A DNA stretch of 47,477 nucleotides from an uncultured Bacteroidaceae bacterium (GCA_964559205.1 CAZLHV010000001.1:1-47477); one strand, 5' to 3'. Shown: positions 39,787 through 47,477, counted from the stretch's first letter. The notes: a model not told the origin generated them from the letters alone. Made by a program: numbers and translations.

Positions 39787-41049
39787 TCAGTATCCATACT
39801 TCCCTTTCCACCGCTCTTTCAGAAACCTTCTGTGTTCTTCTTCGCGAGCGGTTTTGCCGGGCTCGTAAAATTTAGTCCCCTGTATTTTTTCCGGTAGAAA
39901 TTCAATGTTCACAAAACTGTTTTCAAAGTCGTGTGCATATTGATAGTTTTTACCATAGTTCAGATCTTTCATCAGTTTGGTGGGCGCATTACGCAGGTGG
40001 AGCGGCACCGGAAGATCTCCGGTTTTGCGCACTTCGGCTATAGCGGCATCAATGGCCAGATACGTTGCATTGCTTTTGGCCGATGAGGCCAGATATACGG
40101 CGCATTCCGCCAGAATAATTCTTGACTCAGGCCAACCGATTTTATGCACCGCATCGAAGCATGCATTGGCCATGAGAATTGCATTGGGATTGGCCAGACC
40201 GATATCTTCGGTAGCAAGAATAAGCATTCGGCGAGCAATAAATTTTGGATCTTCGCCACCTTCAATCATGCGGGCCATCCAATACAACGCTGCGTTCGGG
40301 TCACTCCCCCGCATCGATTTTATAAATGCTGAAATGATATCGTAATGCATTTCGCCGCTTTTGTCAAAGCGAGCCAGATTGTTCTGAATCACTCGGGCTA
40401 CTTTGTCGTTGGTGATTTCAGCACTGTTGTTTTTCAAACTGTTTTCGACCACCAGTTGCAGTGCATTGTAGAGCTTGCGCGCATCGCCGCCCGAAAAACG
40501 GTACAAGGTGTCGGTTTCCATCACGTTGAGCGAAATGCCAACACTTTTATAGTGCTCAATGGCTTTTCCCAGCAGTGTATTCAGTTGTTCAACCGACAAT
40601 GATTCGAGCACATATACCTGACAGCGCGAAAGCAAGGGGCTGATGACCTCGAACGAAGGATTTTCGGTTGTGGCACCTATCAGCGTTACTGTGCCGCGTT
40701 CAACCGCAGCGAGCAGACTATCCTGCTGCGATTTGCTGAATCGATGAATTTCATCAATGAACAGAATTGGACTTGTTTCGCCGGCTGCCGAAGCAATGAC
40801 CTCGCGCACTTCCTTTACTCCGCTGCTGATTGCACTTAACTGGTAATACTTGCGGCCAAGAACCTGAGCAATGAGCAGGGCAAGTGTTGTTTTTCCAACA
40901 CCCGGCGGCCCCCACAGAATCATTGAGCTGATGGCATTGTTGTCAAGCATGCGCCTGATGATGCCTTCGGAACCCATCAGTTTATCCTGTCCAACGTAAT
41001 CGTTGACAGTTCTTGGTCTTAATATTTCTGCCAGCGGGCGTGGATCCAT
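39787..41049 (-). CDS. rarA: Replication-associated recombination protein A (AAA+ ATPase)
   Basis: 420 aa with Walker A GPPGVGKTTLA, Walker B LFIDEIHRF and a conserved MgsA C-terminal domain (ISAFIKSMRGSDPNAALYW). Confidence 0.9.
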   Translation of the reverse strand: MDPRPLAEILRPRTVNDYVGQDKLMGSEGIIRRMLDNNAISSMILWGPPGVGKTTLALLIAQVLGRKYYQLSAISSGVKEVREVIASAAGETSPILFIDEIHRFSKSQQDSLLAAVERGTVTLIGATTENPSFEVISPLLSRCQVYVLESLSVEQLNTLLGKAIEHYKSVGISLNVMETDTLYRFSGGDARKLYNALQLVVENSLKNNSAEITNDKVARVIQNNLARFDKSGEMHYDIISAFIKSMRGSDPNAALYWMARMIEGGEDPKFIARRMLILATEDIGLANPNAILMANACFDAVHKIGWPESRIILAECAVYLASSAKSNATYLAIDAAIAEVRKTGDLPVPLHLRNAPTKLMKDLNYGKNYQYAHDFENSFVNIEFLPEKIQGTKFYEPGKTAREEEHRRFLKERWKGKYGY

Positions 41050-41086
41050 GCGCTTATTGAGCCAGCAATGTGGATTTCAATCAGGG

Positions 41087-42094
41087 TTACTGATTGTTAA
41101 GAATTTTCATGAACTCATCGAGATTCGGGGTCAGAATAATCTCGGTGCGGCGGTTTTTCTGACGCGCTTCACTGTTGTTGGCTGCATCGACAGGAACATA
41201 TTCCGAACGACCCGATGCGATGATGCGCGAAGGGGTAATTTTGCCACTTTCAAGGATGATTTTAGTCACACTCGTTGCACGCATCACACTCAAATCCCAG
41301 TTGTCTTTCACCTGCCCGCTTCCCTTGTATGGCACATTGTCGGTATGACCCTCCACCATGATCGAAATATCGGGGTTTTCGGCCAATACGGTCGCCAGCT
41401 TGTTCAATGCATCTTTTCCTTTTGCATTAACAGTCCAGCTGCCCGAAGCAAACAAAAGCGATTCATCCATCGATACATAAATTTTTCCGTTCTTTTCGAC
41501 AATGGTGAGTCCGTTGTTTTCAAAGCCTTTCAACGCAAGCGACAATTTGTCCTTCAGGGCTTTCATTACGCTGTCCTTCTGAGCCAGCATGGATTCGAGT
41601 TCCATGATGCGTTTTTCTTTCAGCAGAAGATCAGCCTGCATCTGATCGAGGTTCTGTTTTTTTAGATTCAGTTCATTCTCAAGCTTTTTCAGTTCAGCTT
41701 CTTTCTGAGCCAGCTGCTCCTGAGTTAGTTGTAGCTCTGTGCTGATTTTTTGGGTTTCCGATGCATTCATTTTCAACAATTCCTCGTACCGGCGATTCAA
41801 CTCTTCGTAAAGGCTGTTGAGCTTGTCATATTGCATGGTCATTTTTCGCAGCGAAATGCCAGTAATGCTCGTATCACGTTCCAAACCGGTGATTTGTTTG
41901 GTCATTGAAGCAATTTTCTCGTTCAACTCAACATTGGTAGAGTTCAGTTTGTCGTAATCGGCTTTCATGGCAGCTGTTTCCGATTCGGCTTTTTCTCGAC
42001 GGGCTTTTTCGTCCTGATACTGTCGGGCGGGCACACACGATGCGGCAAACAAAACAAGCAGTATCGCAGCAGGGATGACAGACTTAATGCTCAT
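41087..42094 (-). CDS. OmpA/MotB-family lipoprotein with long coiled-coil
   Basis: Lipobox LVLFAASC from the ATG at 42094, about 200 aa of heptad-rich coiled-coil, and a C-terminal OmpA_C domain (VEGHTDNVPY...NRRTEI). Confidence 0.78.
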   Translation of the reverse strand: MSIKSVIPAAILLVLFAASCVPARQYQDEKARREKAESETAAMKADYDKLNSTNVELNEKIASMTKQITGLERDTSITGISLRKMTMQYDKLNSLYEELNRRYEELLKMNASETQKISTELQLTQEQLAQKEAELKKLENELNLKKQNLDQMQADLLLKEKRIMELESMLAQKDSVMKALKDKLSLALKGFENNGLTIVEKNGKIYVSMDESLLFASGSWTVNAKGKDALNKLATVLAENPDISIMVEGHTDNVPYKGSGQVKDNWDLSVMRATSVTKIILESGKITPSRIIASGRSEYVPVDAANNSEARQKNRRTEIILTPNLDEFMKILNNQ

Positions 42095-42162
42095 AGGATA
42101 ATGGATTTTGATGTAAAAGTACAAAAAATCATTGAGCTTTGTCAAACGCAGTTAAATGGAAT

Positions 42163-42195
42163 AAAAAAAGCGACAGAACAAAATGCCCTGCCGCT
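42163..42195 (-). terminator. Rho-independent terminator after the MFS transporter gene
   Basis: Minus strand reads AGCGGCAG-(11-nt loop)-CTGTCGCT followed by a 7-T run, 20 nt after the stop at 42215. Confidence 0.6.
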
Positions 42196-42214
42196 TTCTG
42201 AAAATAAAAACAAA

Positions 42215-43870
42215 TTATTTCTGAATATTCGGCAATTCGAGGCCGTATCCGTTTTTACGATCAACACTTTTTAGAACAACGCCCAGAATCAGGGCTGCGA
42301 CGCCGAGGCCGGCCAGCATAATTAAAGGCACGGTGTAATCGTATGAAACAGCAGCCTGTTCGGGTGTGATCACCCCGTTATTCAGGTCTTCGACCACCTG
42401 CGGATTGGTGTTGTCGAGAATTTTACCAATCAGCATCGGGAATAACCATAAACCAATGTTTTGAATCCAGAAAATGAGTGCGTAAGCCGATCCGATGACT
42501 TTCTGATCGACCAGTTTCGGAACGCTCGGCCAGAGAGAAGCAGGCACGAGCGAGAAGGATGAACCAAGAATCAGAATGGTGAGATAAGCAATGACAACAC
42601 CCCCAATGGCATCGCCTTGGAACATGGGAAGAATAAACGCGAAGGTGAGGTGACACACAATGAGCAGGATTGAGCCAATCATCAGCATTGAAGCAGCCTT
42701 ACCTTTGGTATCGACATATTTTCCGAGAATCGGGGTAATTCCCACAGCAAGCAGGGGGAACACTGCAAAAATGGTTTCTGCCGACTGACGCATGTAGCCC
42801 ATGTAGCAGAAGGTGATTAAACTCACCACCGAAATGGTCAGTAGTATGAATTTTGTTGCTTTTTTGCTGAAATTGCTGGCGAATGCTGTGCCGGCAACAA
42901 CCAGCATGATGACATACTGAATAATGGTCACCGTGCCGGAAGCCCAGAATGAACCTTCGGGTACCTTCGTAAAGGTAAGGTTACACTGCAACATATTCAC
43001 CGCATATTTCTGGAAAGGGAAAATGGCTGAATAATACAGCACGCAAAGTAAGGCAACGAGCCAGAAACCGGTGCTTGAGAAGATACGGCTGATGTCGCGG
43101 ACTTTGAAAGGATCGTCTTTTTCTTCCGATTCGCGGGTTTGCGCATCGAGTTTTTTATCCATGAAGAAATACACCACAAACATCATGAGGGCAATCATAA
43201 GCAGGATGACGCCGAAAGCGACCGAGCGTGAAACGTCTATGCTGCCACCAAGATGAGCAAACACCGGCGAGAAGATCATACAGGTAGCCACACCCAAACG
43301 TGCCAGCGCCATTTCTGATCCCATGGCCATGGCCATTTCGCGGCCTTTGAACCATTTGACAATACCGCGCGATACGGTAATTCCGGCCATTTCGACACCA
43401 CAACCAAATATCATAAATCCAACCGCCGACATTTTGGCCGATGCCGGCATGCCCTTATAGAAAGGGGCGATACCCAGTTCATCAAAGCCCGGTATATAAT
43501 TCAGATTATTGTTAAACCACGTCTCCAGACCGCTACCGACAAAGGTATCCGTCACCGCATACCAATTGATGACCGCACCGATCAACATCACAATACCCGA
43601 TAAAATGGCGGTGAACCTAACCCCCATTTTGTCGAGAATGATCCCGGCAAAAATCAGGAAGAAGATAAACACATTCAGGAAAGTTTCCGATCCCTGCATG
43701 GTTCCGAAAGCTGTTGAATCCCAGCCACGGGTCGATTGCATTAAATCTTTGATCGGCGACAGAATGTCCATAAAAATGTATGAACAAAACATGGCGAATG
43801 ACAAGAAAACCAATGCGGTCCAACGGACTGCGGGTTTGTCTCTCAACGTTTTTACAGCATTTTCAACCAT
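42215..43870 (-). CDS. MFS transporter
   Basis: About 12-14 TM helices with a central charged loop. The track start at 43894 is a TTG codon, so the ATG at 43870 (MVENAVK) is preferred. Confidence 0.7.
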   Translation of the reverse strand: MVENAVKTLRDKPAVRWTALVFLSFAMFCSYIFMDILSPIKDLMQSTRGWDSTAFGTMQGSETFLNVFIFFLIFAGIILDKMGVRFTAILSGIVMLIGAVINWYAVTDTFVGSGLETWFNNNLNYIPGFDELGIAPFYKGMPASAKMSAVGFMIFGCGVEMAGITVSRGIVKWFKGREMAMAMGSEMALARLGVATCMIFSPVFAHLGGSIDVSRSVAFGVILLMIALMMFVVYFFMDKKLDAQTRESEEKDDPFKVRDISRIFSSTGFWLVALLCVLYYSAIFPFQKYAVNMLQCNLTFTKVPEGSFWASGTVTIIQYVIMLVVAGTAFASNFSKKATKFILLTISVVSLITFCYMGYMRQSAETIFAVFPLLAVGITPILGKYVDTKGKAASMLMIGSILLIVCHLTFAFILPMFQGDAIGGVVIAYLTILILGSSFSLVPASLWPSVPKLVDQKVIGSAYALIFWIQNIGLWLFPMLIGKILDNTNPQVVEDLNNGVITPEQAAVSYDYTVPLIMLAGLGVAALILGVVLKSVDRKNGYGLELPNIQK

Positions 43871-43996
43871 TGTAGTTTTAATTTGGACGGCCAAATTATT
43901 AAAAAATACAACGCCGTAGAATTTACAACTCTATTTAGAATTTTTACAAATAACATGTTAAACCTAGCATGCAAAAAGAGAGCTAGTTAGGGCTTT

Positions 43997-44608
43997 TTAA
44001 AAAACCTTTACCACCCATTTTGAAGAAAAGAAAACTTCTTCGAAAAAGTCAGAAATAGCAGTCGTGTGACTTGCTTCAGTAATAGCTGCCAGTTCAGCAT
44101 CAATCTCACCACCTTTCAAATACAAAACCCTTGGCTGAGTTCCTTTTGGTTTGCCAATCACAGGTTTAACAAACTGCATAAAAGCAGGGAGAGCCGTGAC
44201 CGCCCGGCTGACCACCACGTCCCAGCGGCCTTTCATTTCTTCGGCTCGCGTTTGAATGGCTTCAACATTTTGTAATCGAAGTGCCGAGGCAACTTCTTTT
44301 ACCACCATGATTTTTTTCCCGATGGAATCAACAAGCGTGAAATGACATTCTGGAAACATGATGGCCAGCGGAATTCCGGGAAATCCGCCACCGGTACCTA
44401 CATCGAGGATTCGTGTGCCTTTGTTGAATGGATACACTTTGGCAATGGCCAGCGAGTGCAAGACGTGCCGCTCGTAGAAGTGATCGAAATCCTTGCGGGA
44501 AATCACATTGATTTTTGAATTCCAGTCGGCATACAAAGCAAACATGTCTGCAAATTGCTTTTGCTGAACGCCGGTGATGTCGGGAAAGTATTTTTTTATC
44601 AGCTCCAT
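43997..44608 (-). CDS. rsmG: 16S rRNA (guanine527-N7)-methyltransferase
   Basis: SAM motif ILDVGTGGGFPGIPLAI and typical 200-aa GidB length from the ATG at 44608 (MELIKKYF). The track start at 44722 overlaps the upstream gene. Confidence 0.88.
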   Translation of the reverse strand: MELIKKYFPDITGVQQKQFADMFALYADWNSKINVISRKDFDHFYERHVLHSLAIAKVYPFNKGTRILDVGTGGGFPGIPLAIMFPECHFTLVDSIGKKIMVVKEVASALRLQNVEAIQTRAEEMKGRWDVVVSRAVTALPAFMQFVKPVIGKPKGTQPRVLYLKGGEIDAELAAITEASHTTAISDFFEEVFFSSKWVVKVF

Positions 44609-44616
44609 GGGCACAA

Positions 44617-45201
44617 TCAGAACTCCGATGTAATGTCCATGAGCGGAACTCTTTCGGCTCTGTAAAAACGGGCCTTGTAATAGGGGCTGCTGAGATAATC
44701 GAAGCGCACGCCGCCATTGCATGCGGAATGAATGAATAAGATATCGTTGTCGAGCACCTCGTACACCATTCCAACATGACCAATACCGCTGCGGTAGCGT
44801 TGTGTATTGACAAAAAACAGAATGTCGCCAGGCCGGATGAGACTATCGGGAACCACACGACCTGAGCCGGCCATGTCGGCAGCACTGGGCGAGAGACTCA
44901 CACCAAGATGGGCATACATGGTCATGACATATCCGCTGCAATCGAAGCCAGCCCGGCTTTTACCAGCCCAACGATACGGTACGCCTAGAAAGCTTTTGGC
45001 ATAGGTAAGCAGTTCGGTGGTAAGGCTGTCGCGAATATAGCGGGCTTTTGCAAGGGTATCGTTCTGAATTTGCGTTTTTACCGAGTCATCGACCTGAGCG
45101 TTTGCCGGGGGCGACGAAACCACCACGCCGGTTTGAGCGATGAGGCTCAACGAAGCGGCTACAACAAAGATCATCAAAAGAGAAACAAAAGAAAATCGCA
45201 T
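44617..45201 (-). CDS. C40-family (NlpC/P60) peptidoglycan peptidase
   Basis: 194 aa with a signal peptide, catalytic Cys motif GFDCSGYV, and downstream GDILFF...HVGMV (catalytic His). Confidence 0.85.
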   Translation of the reverse strand: MRFSFVSLLMIFVVAASLSLIAQTGVVVSSPPANAQVDDSVKTQIQNDTLAKARYIRDSLTTELLTYAKSFLGVPYRWAGKSRAGFDCSGYVMTMYAHLGVSLSPSAADMAGSGRVVPDSLIRPGDILFFVNTQRYRSGIGHVGMVYEVLDNDILFIHSACNGGVRFDYLSSPYYKARFYRAERVPLMDITSEF

Positions 45202-45235
45202 CCAAAATTATTTACATTCAACAAGGTGTAAAACA

Positions 45236-45243
45236 CAAAGATA
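45236..45243 (-). promoter_or_regulatory. Candidate -7 promoter box for the peptidase-rsmG unit (TATCTTTG)
   Basis: Exact TAnnTTTG match on the minus strand, 35 nt upstream of the ATG at 45201. Confidence 0.45.
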
Positions 45244-45536
45244 CATATTTTTTTTAAAGCAGGGAGCTTGCAGTTTTTTGTTATGGCACAAAGACCGGAA
45301 CGATTGTGTGAAGATGGATGAGTGGTTTATTTCAATCTTTTTTTTGAGATACTTGATGATTGTGATGTTTCTTCAGTGGATTAAACCAATGAGTTCGGTA
45401 GGTGAATCAATGTTATCGAAAGTTAAAGCAATGATAAGTGAAAGTGTGGCAAAGAGGAGGAGTAAGCAAGAAGCTAAGAGAGGGGAAGACGGTTCCAGAA
45501 GGTGGGAAAGCGATACAAAATGAGGGAGGACTTGGT

Positions 45537-45998
45537 GCGAAGCGCACAATTTCATTCGCGAAATGCACGAAGAAGTGTGCAAAACTGACTTTGAGTTGCG
45601 CGAAGTGGAGTTTGAGTCTCGCGAAAAGGAGTGCACGTGTCGCGAAATGCATTTTTGGTAGTGCAAAATGAAGTTTGAGTTGTGCGGAGCGGAGTTTCAG
45701 TAGTGCAAAAGGCGCGGACAGTTGTGCGAAATGCTGTGACAGCAGTGAAATGTAAAATGTCAGTCATGAAATGCAAAGTGTCGGTTGTGAAATGCAATGT
45801 GTTGGACATGAAATGCAATGTGTCAGCAATGAAATGCGTAGTGTCGGTCATGAAATGCAATGTAACAGTAGTGAAATGCAATGTAACAGTAGTGAAACGC
45901 AATGTGACAGTAGTGAAATGTGCAGTGTCGGTCATGAAATACTGAGTGTCGGTAGTGAAATAAGAAATGACAGTTGTGAGTAAAGAGTTTTGAGTGGA
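45537..45998. repeat. Array of about 22 contiguous 21-bp tandem repeats (no spacers) in two sub-families
   Basis: The right half (45745-45977) has 11 units with consensus (G/A)TGAAATGCAATGTnnC(A/G)GTnn, including two adjacent identical copies (45852-45872 and 45873-45893). The left half (45537-45746) has 10 more diverged units starting GCGAA/GCAAAA. Unit types there recur every 84 bp: GCGAAATGC at 45558, 45642 and 45726, and GAGTTTGAGT-type pairs at 45579/45600 and 45663/45684. A single 19-bp junction at 45726-45745 separates the halves. Degenerate units continue on both flanks. Confidence 0.9.
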
Positions 45999-46225
45999 CA
46001 GTTGTTGGTGGACGATGGCTTTGGCAGAAAGGATCAAACTCAACGATTCCATATCCCCTGGCTCCTTTGTTGTCAGTGGACGATGGAATGGAATTTGTGT
46101 TTGGGGTGTGATTATTTGATTCATTGATTGAATTATGGGGCAGTGGGGGAGTGAGGTTAATAGAATAAATTTGTGAAATTATCTGGTTTTTTTCTTTAAC
46201 GCGATAACTTTTAGTAAACTTTTTC

Positions 46226-46233
46226 TATTTTTG
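46226..46233 (+). promoter_or_regulatory. Candidate plus-strand -7 box (TATTTTTG) upstream of the tracrRNA/cas9 region
   Basis: This is the only exact TAnnTTTG match I found on the plus strand in the 160 nt before the cas9 ATG. A transcript from here would run antisense through the tracrRNA gene. Confidence 0.3.
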
Positions 46234-46239
46234 TTTTAT

Positions 46240-46330
46240 AAAAAAAAGCGATCCCGACATGTCGGGACCACTTTGAATGTTTTCACAACGGAATAATCCT
46301 TATTGTGATTTGCTTAGTTCTGAGGGCAAA
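46240..46330 (-). ncRNA. tracrRNA candidate (anti-repeat, nexus, terminator hairpin), divergent from cas9
   Basis: Minus strand reads ...CCCUCAGAACUAAGCAAAUCACAAU-AAGGAUUAUUCCGUU-GUGAAAACAUUCAAAGUGG-UCCCGACAUGUCGGGA-UCGC-UUUUUUUU. The module order and the AAUAAGG..CCGUU..AAAGUGG..hairpin..U-run mirror the S. pyogenes tracrRNA scaffold. An exact TATATTTG -7 box on the minus strand at 46327-46334 would place the 5' end near 46320. The exact 5' end is uncertain. Confidence 0.75.
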
Positions 46331-46361
46331 TATACAATAAAAAATTAAAAAACAATATACT

Positions 46362-47477
46362 ATGAAAAAAATTCTTGGTTTGGATTTGGGAATAAACTCT
46401 ATTGGATGGGCTTTGGTAAACGAAGCTGAAAACACGAGCGAAAAGTCTTCAATTATAAAACTTGGTGTTAGGGTAAACCCATTAACTGTTGACGAATTAA
46501 TGAATTTTGAAAAAGGCAAAAGCATTACAACGAATGCAGATCGTACTTTGAAAAGAAGTATGCGCCGAAATCTTCAACGATATAAGCTTCGCAGAGAAAA
46601 TCTTATCCAAGTTCTTTTGCAAAACAAGTTTATAACTGAAAACACATTACTCTCTGAAAATGGCAATCACACCACTTTTGAAACATTAAGGCTTAGGTCT
46701 AAAGCCGCAACAGAAAAGATATCGTTAGAACAATTAGGACGAGTTTTTCTAATGATTAATAAAAAACGAGGATATAAGAGCAGTAGAAAAGCCAAAAATC
46801 AGGAGGAAGGCCAGCTGATTGATGGAATGGAAATAGCCATGAAATTGTATAATGAACAACTGACTCCTGGCCAATTTGTGTTTCAAAGCTTGCAGAGTGG
46901 CAACAGGTTCATCCCTGATTTTTATCGCTCGGATCTTCTATCTGAATTTGAAAAAGTTTGGAAGTTTCAAAAGCAATTCTATCCTGAGATTTTAAGTGAT
47001 GATTTCCGTGTTGAAATAGAGGGTAAAGGTTTGCGATTTACTTCTGCAGCTTTTTATAAAAAATACGGGTTCAATACAGCTGAGATGAAAGGCTCTCGAG
47101 ATGAAAAAAAACTGCAATCGTATCATTTGCGTTCTGTAGCCATCAAATCAAAGCTGACAAAAGAAGAAGTTGCTTTTGTTTTGGCAGAAATTAACAATAA
47201 TCTTAATGCATCGAGTGGATACTTAGGCTCTATTAGTGACAGAAGCAAAGAGCTCTACTTCAATAAAAAAACAGTTGGAGAGTATCTTATGGCGCAATTA
47301 GATACGAACCCACACACAAAGCTCAAAAACCAAGTTTTCTATCGCCAAGATTATTTGGATGAATTTGATAAAATATGGGAGACTCAAAAATCATTTCACG
47401 ATGTATTGACTCCAGAACTTAAAAAAGAAATAAGAGACATTATAATATTCTATCAACGTCGATTAAAAAGCCAGAAA
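46362..47477 (+). CDS. cas9: CRISPR-associated endonuclease Cas9, N-terminal 372 codons (truncated by the window end)
   Basis: Hand translation gives MKKILGLDLGINSIGWALVNEAEN... (RuvC-I motif with catalytic Asp8). It also shows the Arg-rich bridge helix RTLKRSMRRNLQRYKLRRENL, MINKKRGYKSS and IIFYQRRLKSQK. The frame is open for all 1116 nt with an in-frame stop at 46338-46340 upstream. It is not in the ORF track because no stop codon is reached. Confidence 0.9.
   Translation, partial: MKKILGLDLGINSIGWALVNEAENTSEKSSIIKLGVRVNPLTVDELMNFEKGKSITTNADRTLKRSMRRNLQRYKLRRENLIQVLLQNKFITENTLLSENGNHTTFETLRLRSKAATEKISLEQLGRVFLMINKKRGYKSSRKAKNQEEGQLIDGMEIAMKLYNEQLTPGQFVFQSLQSGNRFIPDFYRSDLLSEFEKVWKFQKQFYPEILSDDFRVEIEGKGLRFTSAAFYKKYGFNTAEMKGSRDEKKLQSYHLRSVAIKSKLTKEEVAFVLAEINNNLNASSGYLGSISDRSKELYFNKKTVGEYLMAQLDTNPHTKLKNQVFYRQDYLDEFDKIWETQKSFHDVLTPELKKEIRDIIIFYQRRLKSQK

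Noticed and set aside
41003-41665. 220-aa plus-strand ORF
   Set aside because: It lies antisense to the OmpA/MotB coiled-coil gene and the rarA start. Repetitive coiled-coil codons tend to leave the opposite strand open.
44328-44885. 185-aa minus-strand ORF spanning the rsmG/peptidase junction
   Set aside because: It is an alternative frame overlapping two genes with clear catalytic motifs, and its composition is Cys/Arg/His-rich and non-protein-like.
45140-45523. 127-aa plus-strand ORF (or the 69-aa version from the ATG at 45314) between the peptidase gene and the repeat array
   Set aside because: Its 5' part overlaps the peptidase gene start and promoter. Its C-terminal half is low-complexity Lys/Arg/Glu sequence that runs into degenerate repeat units. 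No motif or start-context support was found.
45745-45977. Similarity between the reverse complement of the repeat core (ACATTGCATTTC) and the predicted CRISPR repeat start (ATTGTGATTTGC)
   Set aside because: Only about 8 of 12 positions match, and that needs a gap. This is within chance for AT-rich short motifs.
45537-45998. Possible CRISPR array adjacent to cas9
   Set aside because: The 21-bp units are directly contiguous with no unique spacers between them. The unit is shorter than known CRISPR repeats and is not complementary to the tracrRNA anti-repeat. It is a tandem repeat, not a CRISPR array.
45552-46124. 190-aa minus-strand ORF (heptads TLHFTTV) and the overlapping ORFs at 45682-45945, 45771-45983, 45438-45671, 45413-45652 and 45373-45666
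   Set aside because: The consensus repeat unit is free of stop codons in five of six frames, so long ORFs arise automatically on both strands. The longest ORF reads the same conserved core in two different frames on either side of the 19-bp junction. It is not excluded as a real gene, but the sequence alone does not support it.
46283-46525. 80-aa minus-strand ORF
   Set aside because: It lies antisense to the strongly supported cas9 start and overlaps the tracrRNA candidate. Its sequence is hydrophobic and low-complexity, typical of an antisense artefact in AT-rich DNA.

Overview
This 47.5-kb window is a chromosomal segment that looks like Bacteroidota. The evidence is two C-terminal T9SS sorting domains, TAnnTTTG-type -7 promoter boxes, a long YidC next to PyrG, an ExbB/ExbD/ExbD cluster, SPOR and OmpA/TPR envelope proteins, and no Shine-Dalgarno signals. 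All calls come from reading motifs in the supplied translations and the DNA; no database search was possible.

Most of the window (1-45200) is densely packed housekeeping and envelope genes: dsbD, tilS, exbBD, tRNA-Ser, nadD, trmB, rpmH, an ADP-forming acyl-CoA synthetase, yidC, pyrG, a YdiJ-like FAD/Fe-S oxidoreductase, rarA, an MFS transporter, rsmG and an NlpC/P60 peptidase. Between them sit several uncharacterised secreted or outer-membrane operons.

The last 2.3 kb is different:
- A roughly 460-bp array of contiguous 21-bp tandem repeats with no spacers (45537-45998).
- A minus-strand tracrRNA-like gene (about 46240-46330) with an anti-repeat, an AAGG...CCGUU nexus and a terminator hairpin.
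- The first 372 codons of a Cas9 gene (46362 to the window end). This gene is AT-rich and absent from the ORF track because it has no stop codon in the window.

The ORF track also misses rpmH (52 aa). Another item worth a look is a 987-aa sacsin-like GHKL ATPase whose stop codon overlaps the tilS start codon. No CRISPR array, cas1/cas2, transposase or integrase is visible in the window.
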